Shown here: positions 9,935-17,820 of the stretch, piece after piece
How positions within the stretch are numbered: position 1 is the stretch's first letter
Layout: the number at the start of each line of letters is the position of its first letter
From: a candidate division FCPU426 bacterium
GTDB taxonomy: Bacteria > Oederibacteriota > JAAXVQ01 > JAUVAV01
Reading direction: 5' to 3'
Assembly: GCA_040756875.1 (NCBI GenBank)
Contig: JBFLYH010000002.1
Span: 32,001-96,000 of the forward strand
Length of the DNA: 64,000 nt
Position numbers and translations under genes: made by a program
The notes under the pieces: model-generated
What the model was told of the DNA's origin: nothing
Databases searched by the model: none
The model's input: the letters and a program-made list of their open reading frames with translations, nothing else

Positions 9935-10291
9935 TCAGGCGGCCATGACTTTATCGACCCGCATGGCGCCAAGCGCGGCTTCGCGGTCGTTGTAGATGCG
10001 AAACATTTTCGCCATCCCCGTCAGTTCGAAAACGCTGTGCAGGATAGGATTAAGCCCGGTCAGAACGACGTCGCCTTTCTGCCAGCGCGCCCGACGGACG
10101 CTTTCAGCCAAAATACCCAGGCCGGTGGCATTGATATGGCCGACCCGCGAAAAATCCAGGACAATGTGCGCGCAACCGCGTTGCAGCAGCGTCGTCAGGG
10201 TATTGCGGACATTCACCACTTCCGGCATATCCAGGTCGCACAGCGGCGTCACCACCGCCGTCTCCTCGGTGCACTGGGTTTTCATCGCCAC
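9935..10291 (-). CDS. STAS-domain protein (anti-sigma-factor antagonist-like)
   Basis: DLDM...IVLDFSRVGHINATGLGIL...VFELTG...FRIY..REAAL matches the SpoIIAA/RsbV pattern; AAGGAGG RBS upstream. Confidence 0.85.
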   Translation of the reverse strand: MAMKTQCTEETAVVTPLCDLDMPEVVNVRNTLTTLLQRGCAHIVLDFSRVGHINATGLGILAESVRRARWQKGDVVLTGLNPILHSVFELTGMAKMFRIYNDREAALGAMRVDKVMAA

Positions 10292-10331
10292 GTTTTCTCC
10301 ACCTCCTTCCTTGGCATGAATGGCTCTCGGC

Positions 10332-10769
10332 TCACAGATCCTGAATATTTTCCGCGATCTCTTCCAGCGATTTTCCGTCTTTCAAGTAGGCCTGCCATCT
10401 TTCGGGCGACCAGATTTCGAAACGGTTCGACACGCCCACGATGACGACTTCCCTCGTCAGCCCGGCGTATTGGCGCAAGCCGGCCGGAAGCATAATGCGG
10501 CCCTGTTTGTCCAGCGGACATTCCACGGCGCCGGCCAGCAGGCGGCGCACGAAATAACGGTCATCGCCGCGGTTCAAGGGACGGTGAATGATTTTTTCTT
10601 GGAAGGATTTCCATTCGTCCAGCGGATAGCCGAACAGGCAGGTATCCAGGCCCTGGGTGATGATGAGTTTTTCCGGGAGTTGTTTTTCTGCAAGGATTTC
10701 GCGGAAACGCGAAGGGACGGAGAGCCGGCCCTTGTCATCCATTATATATTCGTATGTGCCTAGGAACAT
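10332..10769 (-). CDS. mraZ: dcw transcriptional regulator MraZ
   Basis: MFLGTY...DDKGRLSVPSRFR...DKQGRIMLP...GVSNRFEIW; start ATG 10769. Confidence 0.97.
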   Translation of the reverse strand: MFLGTYEYIMDDKGRLSVPSRFREILAEKQLPEKLIITQGLDTCLFGYPLDEWKSFQEKIIHRPLNRGDDRYFVRRLLAGAVECPLDKQGRIMLPAGLRQYAGLTREVVIVGVSNRFEIWSPERWQAYLKDGKSLEEIAENIQDL

Positions 10770-10772
10770 ACG

Positions 10773-10803
10773 TTTTCCCCACTTTCCACCACTTTTCCCC
10801 ACT
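10773..10803 (-). promoter_or_regulatory. MraZ binding repeats (three GTGG boxes at 10-nt period)
   Basis: Minus strand reads AGTGGGGAAA-AGTGGTGGAA-AGTGGGGAAA immediately upstream of mraZ. Confidence 0.85.
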
Positions 10804-10812
10804 ACATGGGTT

Positions 10813-10841
10813 AATTTACCCCCCGGGCCATATTTTGTCAA
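10813..10841 (-). promoter_or_regulatory. sigma70-type promoter of the dcw operon
   Basis: TTGACA (10841-10836), 17-nt spacer, TAAATT (10818-10813). Confidence 0.8.
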
Positions 10842-10971
10842 TAAATAAAAGTGAATTGACCCACTTTTTTTCTAATAAAATCAAAACAAAACCAGAATCA
10901 GGCCAGGTGGGTCAGGCTTAAAAACAGGGGTTTGGAGGAAGGGAGGAGCCATGTGGAAAACCTGGGAAAAC

Positions 10972-11088
10972 CGCGAAAATCACGAATCAGCCACAGATAC
11001 ACACTGATGCACTCAGATAAAATCCTGGTTTATTATCCTAAACCTTATTGTATCTGTGTTTATCTGTGGCAATTTTTGCGATTTTGGC
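10972..11088. repeat. Nested imperfect inverted repeats (REP/MITE-like)
   Basis: GCCACAGATACACACTGAT (10990-11008) pairs with ATCTGTGTTTATCTGTGGC (11052-11070) at 17/19 positions; outer arms GCGAAAATCACGAA and TTTGCGATTTTGGC. Confidence 0.6.
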
Positions 11089-11091
11089 AGG

Positions 11092-11137
11092 AAATAAAAA
11101 AGCGTTGCCCGGCCGCAGGGAGCAGCCGGACAACGCT
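11092..11137 (-). terminator. Rho-independent terminator of rplM-rpsI
   Basis: Minus strand AGCGTTGTCCGGCTGC-TCCCT-GCGGCCGGGCAACGCT followed by TTTTTATTT. Confidence 0.85.
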
Positions 11138-11152
11138 GGGACTGCCAAAAAA

Positions 11153-11584
11153 TTATCTCTTGGAGAACTGGAACCGCTTGCGCGCGCCTGGACGGCCGTA
11201 TTTTTTGCGTTCCACCATGCGCGCATCGCGCGTCAGCATGCCCGCTTTGGACAGCGCCGCGCGCAAATCCGGGTCCGCGTTCACCAGGGCCCGCGCCACG
11301 CCGTGCTGAATGGCGCCGGTCTGGCCGTTGAGGCCGCCGCCGGTGACCGTGACGTGCACGTCGAACTGGCTGCCCGTGGAAGTCAGTTCCAGCGGCAACC
11401 GCACCAACAGGCGCTGATTCGCGAAGGGAAAGTACTCTTCCAAGGGACGGTCGTTAATGAAGAAATTTCCCTGGCCCGGCTCCAACAGCACGCGGGCAAT
11501 GGCTGTTTTACGCCTGCCGGTGCCCATGAATTTTTTGTGATTTTTTTCTTCGCTCACGGCCGGGGTGGCGTTGGACTCTGACAT
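11153..11584 (-). CDS. rpsI: 30S ribosomal protein S9
   Basis: [56 protein letters not shown]. Confidence 0.98.
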   Translation of the reverse strand: MSESNATPAVSEEKNHKKFMGTGRRKTAIARVLLEPGQGNFFINDRPLEEYFPFANQRLLVRLPLELTSTGSQFDVHVTVTGGGLNGQTGAIQHGVARALVNADPDLRAALSKAGMLTRDARMVERKKYGRPGARKRFQFSKR

Positions 11585-11586
11585 TG

Positions 11587-12015
11587 TCAAATCTCCACTT
11601 TTTCAGGTTTCTGCGCCTGCTGCTGATGCTCGGCGCCGCGGTAAACGATCAGTTTGCGGAACATGGCCCGCCCGATCGAATTTTTGGGAAGCATGCCTTT
11701 CACCGCCAGCTCGAAGACCCGTTCCGGGTGTTCGGCCAGCAGGCGCTCATACGGGGTGTGGCGGTCGCCACCCGGCCAGCCGGAATGGCGGTAATCCAGT
11801 TTTTGGGTCAGTTTCTTTCCGGTCAGGCGGATTTTGGAAGCGTTGACCGCCACCACGTGGTCGCCCGTGTCCAGATGGGGTGTGTACATGGGATTGTTTT
11901 TGCCCTTGAGAATCGCGGCCACGCGGCTGGCTGCCCGGCCCAGGACCTTGCCGTCCAGGTCGACCAAATACCACTTGCGAGCCACCTTCCCTTTTTTGGG
12001 AAAAGGTGTAGACAT
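11587..12015 (-). CDS. rplM: 50S ribosomal protein L13
   Basis: [47 protein letters not shown]. Confidence 0.98.
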   Translation of the reverse strand: MSTPFPKKGKVARKWYLVDLDGKVLGRAASRVAAILKGKNNPMYTPHLDTGDHVVAVNASKIRLTGKKLTQKLDYRHSGWPGGDRHTPYERLLAEHPERVFELAVKGMLPKNSIGRAMFRKLIVYRGAEHQQQAQKPEKVEI

Positions 12016-12104
12016 ATCCTGCCTCCTGCGTCATGAACGAATGAACCACCCTGCAGCCAACTGCCGCTGATGTGCGGTGGAGAGAGAGGGTTAGAGAAGC
12101 CGGT

Positions 12105-12133
12105 AATTTACCCAATTCGCCCCATTCTGTCAA
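12105..12133 (-). promoter_or_regulatory. sigma70-type promoter of rplM-rpsI
   Basis: TTGACA (12133-12128), 17-nt spacer, TAAATT (12110-12105); the same hexamers as the dcw promoter. Confidence 0.8.
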
Positions 12134-12150
12134 GATAAAAAATGGAACAA

Positions 12151-13437
12151 CTATCTCTTCCGGGACTGTAAAAAACCTCCGGGGCAAAGCGGGGCTTTCC
12201 GGGCAAATAGATCAGCCTCGGCCGCCGCACGCAGGCGGTCCAACCGTGGCGGTTTTCTCCCGTCGAAGAAATCGCTGGCTAAAAAATAACGCAGATCCCG
12301 CAACCACATGCGAAAATAAGGGTAATCGCTCCGCAGGCGTCGAAGCCACCCCCGCGGATCGCGCCAAGAATGCCGCGCAAATCCCAGCAGCTCCGAGGGG
12401 TCGCGAAAGCATTCCCAGTCGCAAGCCCGGCAATCGCCCGGCGGATTGGTTTTCCAGCGCTTTTCCCAAAAAGGTCCCAACGAATCCGGCAGGTATCCGC
12501 AGGCATAGGTCAAGTGATCGCGGGCCGAGATAAAAAAGAAGTGCGAACCTCCCAGGCAGGGGTATGGGGCTGGAGTGCGGCCTGCATGCTGCCTAACCAG
12601 GGCCTGGAGCGAAACCCGCGGGGAAAAAATGCGCACACGCCCCCGGAACTCGGGCACTGTGTCCTGCCAGGCTTGCAGCAGCCACTGCCTCTCCACCCGG
12701 TTGTAATCCATAATGGCATCCGCGGACGCCGCGGCATACACCGGAGCCTGGCCTCCCTCTTCCAGGCCCATGGGGTAGCAGGCGTTGACCAGGGTGAAGC
12801 CCAAGTCCAGAATCAGGTTGAGGTAACCGCGAAACGCCCGGCAATAGCCTTGGTAAAAAGCGGCGATGGCCGCAGGATCCGGCTCTGGCTCTAGGCGCAG
12901 GTGTTCGGTTTCCTTGCCGCCTATCAGACGGTTGAGTCCCAGATTGGCCGCCGGATACAACCCCCAGGCATGAAACCGCGGCAGGTTTTTTTCCAGGCTG
13001 CGGATCAGCCCCGGCAATCCCCGCAGTTGCTCATGCACGCGGGGTTCGGCGGAATCCAGGCTGATCCAAAAATTCCGCACCGGCGAGGACGCCAACTCGG
13101 CAATGCGGTCAGCCACGCGGGACGGCTCGTCGCTCAGCCAGAAGCCATTGGTGCCGGTGCGTAAAAACGGAATGCCCAGGCTGCCGGCGTAGCGCAGCAA
13201 AGCAACCACGTCGTCAAAATGGAGAAAGGGTTCGCCGCCCGTCAGCGAAACAATTCCCACGCCCTCTTCCGCTGCCGTATCCAAAATGCGGCGTGCGGTG
13301 TCGAGGGAAAGCCGGCGGCGGGCCCCGGGCTGCGAAGCTCTCATGCCGCATTGCGGGCAACTGGCATTGCAATGCTCGGTCAGCTGGATGATTACTTGGC
13401 GGGGCAGGCCGGGATGAAACATTTGCCGCAAACGCAT
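12151..13437 (-). CDS. Radical SAM protein with C-terminal Cys cluster (SPASM/twitch-like)
   Basis: CNASCPQC (CxxxCxxC), TGGEP, TNG, ISLDS; later C..G, C and CRACDWEC. Start placed at ATG 13437, just after the CHAD stop. Confidence 0.85.
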   Translation of the reverse strand: MRLRQMFHPGLPRQVIIQLTEHCNASCPQCGMRASQPGARRRLSLDTARRILDTAAEEGVGIVSLTGGEPFLHFDDVVALLRYAGSLGIPFLRTGTNGFWLSDEPSRVADRIAELASSPVRNFWISLDSAEPRVHEQLRGLPGLIRSLEKNLPRFHAWGLYPAANLGLNRLIGGKETEHLRLEPEPDPAAIAAFYQGYCRAFRGYLNLILDLGFTLVNACYPMGLEEGGQAPVYAAASADAIMDYNRVERQWLLQAWQDTVPEFRGRVRIFSPRVSLQALVRQHAGRTPAPYPCLGGSHFFFISARDHLTYACGYLPDSLGPFWEKRWKTNPPGDCRACDWECFRDPSELLGFARHSWRDPRGWLRRLRSDYPYFRMWLRDLRYFLASDFFDGRKPPRLDRLRAAAEADLFARKAPLCPGGFLQSRKR

Positions 13438-13445
13438 GACCAGGC

Positions 13446-14378
13446 CTATTTGGCCAAAGAACGGCGAAAACGCTGCAGCCGCCGCAAGAACCTGGCCCTG
13501 CGGCGTTCGCAGTCCAAACGGCCCAGGCGCACACCCTCCTGCAGGTGGCGGATCATAACCATGACCAGCAACCCCTCTTCCACGTTGGTTTGAAAACGGT
13601 CGGCCGTGGCGACCAGGTTCTCCAACAGTGCGATATGCGAAACGCCGTCCTGGCAGGCGCCAAGCCGGTCTTGCATCTCCTTCCAGGCGCGGCTGCTTTT
13701 TTTTATTTTTTTTGAAAACAGCGGGGCATAAAATTCGCACGCGTCGCGCAGGCGCCCGCAGGCGATCCGCAGGTGGTGGAGTTCGCGGGGAGCCATGCCC
13801 GTTATTGGCCGCGCGGATTTTTTCGCGGTTTTTTTAGCCAGCTTGCGCAGAAGGCGGGCAGCTTTGGCAGCGGCCGGCAAGGTTTTACGGCCGGAACCCG
13901 CCTCCGCCTGGCAGAGCAAATCCACAACCAGCTTCCGAAACCGTGCGGACTGCAAATCCGGCAGCACCCGGGCCAGCAAGTCTTCCCGGTGGCTGCTCAT
14001 CTTGGCCAGCAACGCCTCCCCCGCCGGAGTGGGTTGATGCCCGTGCTGCAGCAGTTCGGCGAAGCGCTGCGTCAGGACGTCCCACTCCCTAATCGGCGCG
14101 GCCAGGTCGGCGAATTCCCGCAGCGTGTGCAGGCATTCGTCCGGACTTCCAGCCCAAGCCCAGGGCCCGCCGGTCCGAAGCAGCAGTCCGATTCTATGCA
14201 AAGCCACACGCAGATCGCGGATGCCGTCGCGGCTGCCCCCGGCCGCCACCTGCGCCTGCTGCCACAGCCGCCAGGTTTGCCGCGCAAGCTCTTTGCGGCA
14301 AATCAGGGACCAGTCCTCTTTGCCTTCCAGCCGGAAGGCTGCTGGTTCCCGTCCCCACAGCGCCGCTTTCCCGCTCAT
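13446..14378 (-). CDS. CHAD-domain (polyphosphate-binding) protein
   Basis: IRDLRVALHRI...REWDV and ELHHLRIACGRLR..CEF...MQDRLGACQD repeat motifs; basic and helical; ppx in the same cluster. Confidence 0.85.
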   Translation of the reverse strand: MSGKAALWGREPAAFRLEGKEDWSLICRKELARQTWRLWQQAQVAAGGSRDGIRDLRVALHRIGLLLRTGGPWAWAGSPDECLHTLREFADLAAPIREWDVLTQRFAELLQHGHQPTPAGEALLAKMSSHREDLLARVLPDLQSARFRKLVVDLLCQAEAGSGRKTLPAAAKAARLLRKLAKKTAKKSARPITGMAPRELHHLRIACGRLRDACEFYAPLFSKKIKKSSRAWKEMQDRLGACQDGVSHIALLENLVATADRFQTNVEEGLLVMVMIRHLQEGVRLGRLDCERRRARFLRRLQRFRRSLAK

Positions 14379-14800
14379 TCGGATATTTTGTCGGAAAGCG
14401 CGTCGAGCAGGCGGGTTAAATGCACCAAATCTTTGAGCCGGCCCTTTTTCGGTTTGAGTTTCAACTCTTGGATTTTTTTGAGCATGGCGGCCAGGCGCTT
14501 GGTGGCCGGCAGCGTGGATTCAGGCGCCTGACCCCGGCTGCCTCCCAGCATCTGAATCAAGTGCATCAGATGCGCATCCTGTTTCAGCGTCAACTGCTGG
14601 GTAATCTCCTTCAGTTCCGCCCGCAGGTTGTTCAGTTCCTGAATCAGGGAGGCCTTGGCCTGTTCCCGGCGTTCCTGGCGCAGCTGCTTCTTGGCGGCTT
14701 TTTTCCGGAACTGCCCGCCTTTCTTTTCAGCTCCACCGTTTTCCTTGCTTTCTTCCCCTTCAACTGCGATCCATGTCATTTCCCGCACCTCCTCCGACAT
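14375..14800 (-). CDS. Hypothetical basic helical/coiled-coil protein
   Basis: ORF overlaps both neighbours; K/R/E/Q-rich; ends KPKKGRLKDL. Confidence 0.7.
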   Translation of the reverse strand: MSEEVREMTWIAVEGEESKENGGAEKKGGQFRKKAAKKQLRQERREQAKASLIQELNNLRAELKEITQQLTLKQDAHLMHLIQMLGGSRGQAPESTLPATKRLAAMLKKIQELKLKPKKGRLKDLVHLTRLLDALSDKISE

Positions 14801-15503
14801 TGGGATAATAGCGGCCGAGCACTTGTTCGACAGCCGCGCGCAACTCCCGCTCCACCCTGGGGATGGAACGGTTGGCGTTAATCAACTGGAATTGGTATTT
14901 CAGCTGCAGACGCTTGAACTCCAGTGCCATTTTTTTTTGATAGCGGATAAAACTTTCGAACCAATCGCGGGACAATCCCAGATCCATGCCCGATTCCCAG
15001 TAATCCAAGCCTTGGCGCGATTTTAGGGTGCGGGCCACCAGGATCTTCCAGCTTGCCTGTAAAAAAACCACCGCGTTCGGCACTACGGCCATGGAGTAAA
15101 GCGATTCGAGCCACGCCGGATCGGCGCCCCGGACCGAATCGCGGGCCATGAGGGTGAAAATATACCGGTCCGCCAGCACGATCGACCCCGCGCGCATGGC
15201 GGGCACGATGACGTTTTCCAACTGGTCGTAAAAATCGGTGGCGTAAAACAAAGACAGGGTCCGGGGATTAAGAATATTCCCCTGTTTGGCCCGCTCCAGG
15301 GCTTCACCCACCAGCACCGAACGCCGCAGCTTCACCTGGCTGACCGAATGGCCTTTGCGCTCCAGCCAATCGGTCAGACGCTCGATTTGGGTCGAGCGCC
15401 CCGAGGAGTCCATGCCTTCAATGACGATCAGCAGGCCTTTGAGCGCGGAGGGATCGACCCCCGGCGGAGCTTTGTAAAAGCAACGATGGGTCACGGTGTT
15501 CAC
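14760..15503 (-). CDS. Thymidylate-kinase-like protein with altered P-loop
   Basis: IVIEGMDSSGRSTQ, LADRY, DYWESGMD; paralog of the adjacent gene. Confidence 0.85.
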   Translation of the reverse strand: MNTVTHRCFYKAPPGVDPSALKGLLIVIEGMDSSGRSTQIERLTDWLERKGHSVSQVKLRRSVLVGEALERAKQGNILNPRTLSLFYATDFYDQLENVIVPAMRAGSIVLADRYIFTLMARDSVRGADPAWLESLYSMAVVPNAVVFLQASWKILVARTLKSRQGLDYWESGMDLGLSRDWFESFIRYQKKMALEFKRLQLKYQFQLINANRSIPRVERELRAAVEQVLGRYYPNVGGGAGNDMDRS

Positions 15504-16174
15504 GCTTTACGCTCCTTAAAGCAGGCCAGGTCGACGGTCCGGCTGACGATCTCGCGAACCTGGCGCTGTTGTTCGTGGATACTCAAGGTGGCATCCACGG
15601 TCGTGAAGTGGTAGGCGGTCGCCAGGCGGTCGTATTGGGCCATGACGCGCTCCTGGAAAAGCCGGAAGCTTTCCTGTATGTCACTCGACAACCCCAGGTC
15701 CATGCCCGCTTCGAAATATTTCAGGCTCGGCCGGCCGGTCAAAATGCGGCCGAGGGCGGTTTGCAGGGGCAGGCGAAAATAGAAAGTCAGGTCCGGCCGC
15801 CGTGCGAAACCATAGAGGTTTTCCAGCCAGGAATCGGCGCACCCCCGCACGGCATCGCGCGCGAAGGCGGTGAACATGTAGCGGTCGCACAGCACCAGGT
15901 AGCCGCCCTTGAGCATGGTCAGAATCTGGCGCTCATAGCGGTCTGCGAAATCGGTGGCGTGGATCAGGCTGAACGTGGCGGGGGTGAGCAGCTGCTGTTT
16001 TTTGCCTTTGCGCGTGGCTTCCCGCACCAGTTGGCTGGAGTTCCATTCGGTAAAGAACACTTTGCAGCCAAGGCCGCTCAGCCAGCGGTATAAAAGATAG
16101 ACCTGGGTCGATTTTCCCGAACCATCCAGACCCTCGACCGCGATCAGCTTGCCGGTAATCGGCGATTCATCCAT
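15500..16174 (-). CDS. Thymidylate-kinase-like protein
   Basis: IAVEGLDGSGKSTQ, LCDRY, PDLTFY, YFEAGMD; start ATG 16174 with GGGAGG RBS. Confidence 0.88.
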   Translation of the reverse strand: MDESPITGKLIAVEGLDGSGKSTQVYLLYRWLSGLGCKVFFTEWNSSQLVREATRKGKKQQLLTPATFSLIHATDFADRYERQILTMLKGGYLVLCDRYMFTAFARDAVRGCADSWLENLYGFARRPDLTFYFRLPLQTALGRILTGRPSLKYFEAGMDLGLSSDIQESFRLFQERVMAQYDRLATAYHFTTVDATLSIHEQQRQVREIVSRTVDLACFKERKA

Positions 16175-17735
16175 GGATGGGCCTCCCAAGGTATTCCAAT
16201 CGGACCGGGTATCCGAACAGATCGGTAAACAACCGTGCCTTGCGCTTTAGCGACCAGACTTCGAGGGGTCTGATCCGCCGCCCTTCCAGGCTCAGCACCA
16301 GCGCGTTTTTTTCGATTCGGGCGGCTGCGGCGCGCACATTTTGCGTGTGGTCGCGGTCCAGCGCGTCTGCCAGGCGCAGCAACGAGGCGAGCACCGCAAC
16401 CCGCCGCTGGTCGTCCGAAGAAAGCCGGGCGAAATGCTCGTGCCGCAGTTGGGGATGACTCTTGCGGTGGTAGCGGGCCACATTGGCGATCATCAGCATG
16501 TCGCTCTCGGTGCACCCGGGCAGTTCGGACTGCAGCACCAGGTACAGGGAGTGCTTGTGGTGCTTTTTTAAGCTGACAAAGCCGCCCACATCGTGCAGCA
16601 GGCTCGCGGCCATCAGCAGCCGCCCGTCGTCGCGCCGCAACTGGTGCAGGCTGCGCAATTGTTCGAAGATCGACATGGCCAGACGCGTCACCTGCCGGCA
16701 ATGGGCTTCGTCAATGCGGTAATGCCGGCCCAAGGCCAGGGCCGCACGAAACAATTCCTGCTCCCGCTCCTGGTCGTGCCGCTCGTCCGGAAACAGACGG
16801 GCAACGACGTCCAGCAGCAAGCCTTCCTTGGTGCCCCAGTCGCTGACTAAAATCTGGCGTTTGCCGCCCAGCCGGCCGATGCGGTCGTGGACCAATGCGG
16901 CCGGCAGAATCACATCCGCCCGGTCGGGCCGAAGTCCCAGCGTGCGGATGCGTTGTTCAACCGTGAGCCGGGCCAGGCGCCGGGTGATGGCCCCGAGCGC
17001 GTTCAGCCTCAGCACGCGCATGCCTGGGCGCAGCTGGGGTGCGCCGGCCAGCCGGGCCAAGACTTCGCTGTTGCCTCCGGTGGCCACAATGCCGGCCAGC
17101 GGCCGGGAGGCTTTGGTCAGCGCGGTGCGCAGGGGCTTGAGGTAATCCTTCACCAGGCGCTGCAGGTTTTGCGGCGGCTGGTGCGGCGCGCCAAGCTCGG
17201 CCAGTAGGCGCACCGTGCCCAGGGTGTGCGATTCGCTCCAGTGAATTCTGTCTTGGTCCGCCAGGCACAGTTCCAGGCTGCCGCCGCCTAAATTCATGAC
17301 CAGCCAGGGTTTGCTGCCCAGGGGCTGCAGCTGCCTGACGGCTCGCACCACCAACCGGGCTTCTTCCGAACCTGAAACCACGTCCACAGCCAGCTTCAGC
17401 CGCTCCTCGGCCAGACGCAGAAAATCGCGCCGGTTTTTGCTTTCGCGCACCGCGCTGGTGGCGATGGCGCGGTAATGGGTGATTTGCAGCGCTTGCAATC
17501 GGCGGCGGAAAAAAGCCAGGGCCCGAAGCGACGCAGCCAGGGCTTTGGGGTCCAGCCGCCCGTCCCGGAACACACTGGCACCTAGGCGCACTGGAACCCG
17601 CTTGCTTTCGAGCACCTGAAAGCGGGTCGGCGACGAGAATTCGGCGGCAATAAAACGCATGGCATTGGAACCGATGTCAATCCCCGCGGCGCGCAGCGGA
17701 AACCAGGGATGCAGCGGCGCAGACAGGGCAGTCAT
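16167..17735 (-). CDS. ppx: Ppx/GppA exopolyphosphatase with C-terminal HD domain
   Basis: IDIGSNAMR, ATSAVRE, SGSEEARL, NLGGGSLE, RADVILPA, LLHDVG...HHKHS, LRLADALD. Confidence 0.92.
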   Translation of the reverse strand: MTALSAPLHPWFPLRAAGIDIGSNAMRFIAAEFSSPTRFQVLESKRVPVRLGASVFRDGRLDPKALAASLRALAFFRRRLQALQITHYRAIATSAVRESKNRRDFLRLAEERLKLAVDVVSGSEEARLVVRAVRQLQPLGSKPWLVMNLGGGSLELCLADQDRIHWSESHTLGTVRLLAELGAPHQPPQNLQRLVKDYLKPLRTALTKASRPLAGIVATGGNSEVLARLAGAPQLRPGMRVLRLNALGAITRRLARLTVEQRIRTLGLRPDRADVILPAALVHDRIGRLGGKRQILVSDWGTKEGLLLDVVARLFPDERHDQEREQELFRAALALGRHYRIDEAHCRQVTRLAMSIFEQLRSLHQLRRDDGRLLMAASLLHDVGGFVSLKKHHKHSLYLVLQSELPGCTESDMLMIANVARYHRKSHPQLRHEHFARLSSDDQRRVAVLASLLRLADALDRDHTQNVRAAAARIEKNALVLSLEGRRIRPLEVWSLKRKARLFTDLFGYPVRLEYLGRPIHG

Positions 17736-17820
17736 GGGACGATTCCTGGGTTCACGTCATTCAAAGAGGTCATGGGGGTGGAGTCTAGACCAGAAAGGTT
17801 GCCGCCTGATGCGGAAATGA

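Noticed and set aside
10932-11309. 125-aa plus-strand ORF with a GGAGG upstream of an internal ATG
   Set aside because: It crosses the palindromic repeats and the terminator and overlaps rpsI antisense; no recognisable protein features.
13438-13740. Extended N-terminus of the radical SAM ORF
   Set aside because: It overlaps the CHAD gene by about 300 nt; ATG 13437 sits right after the CHAD stop.
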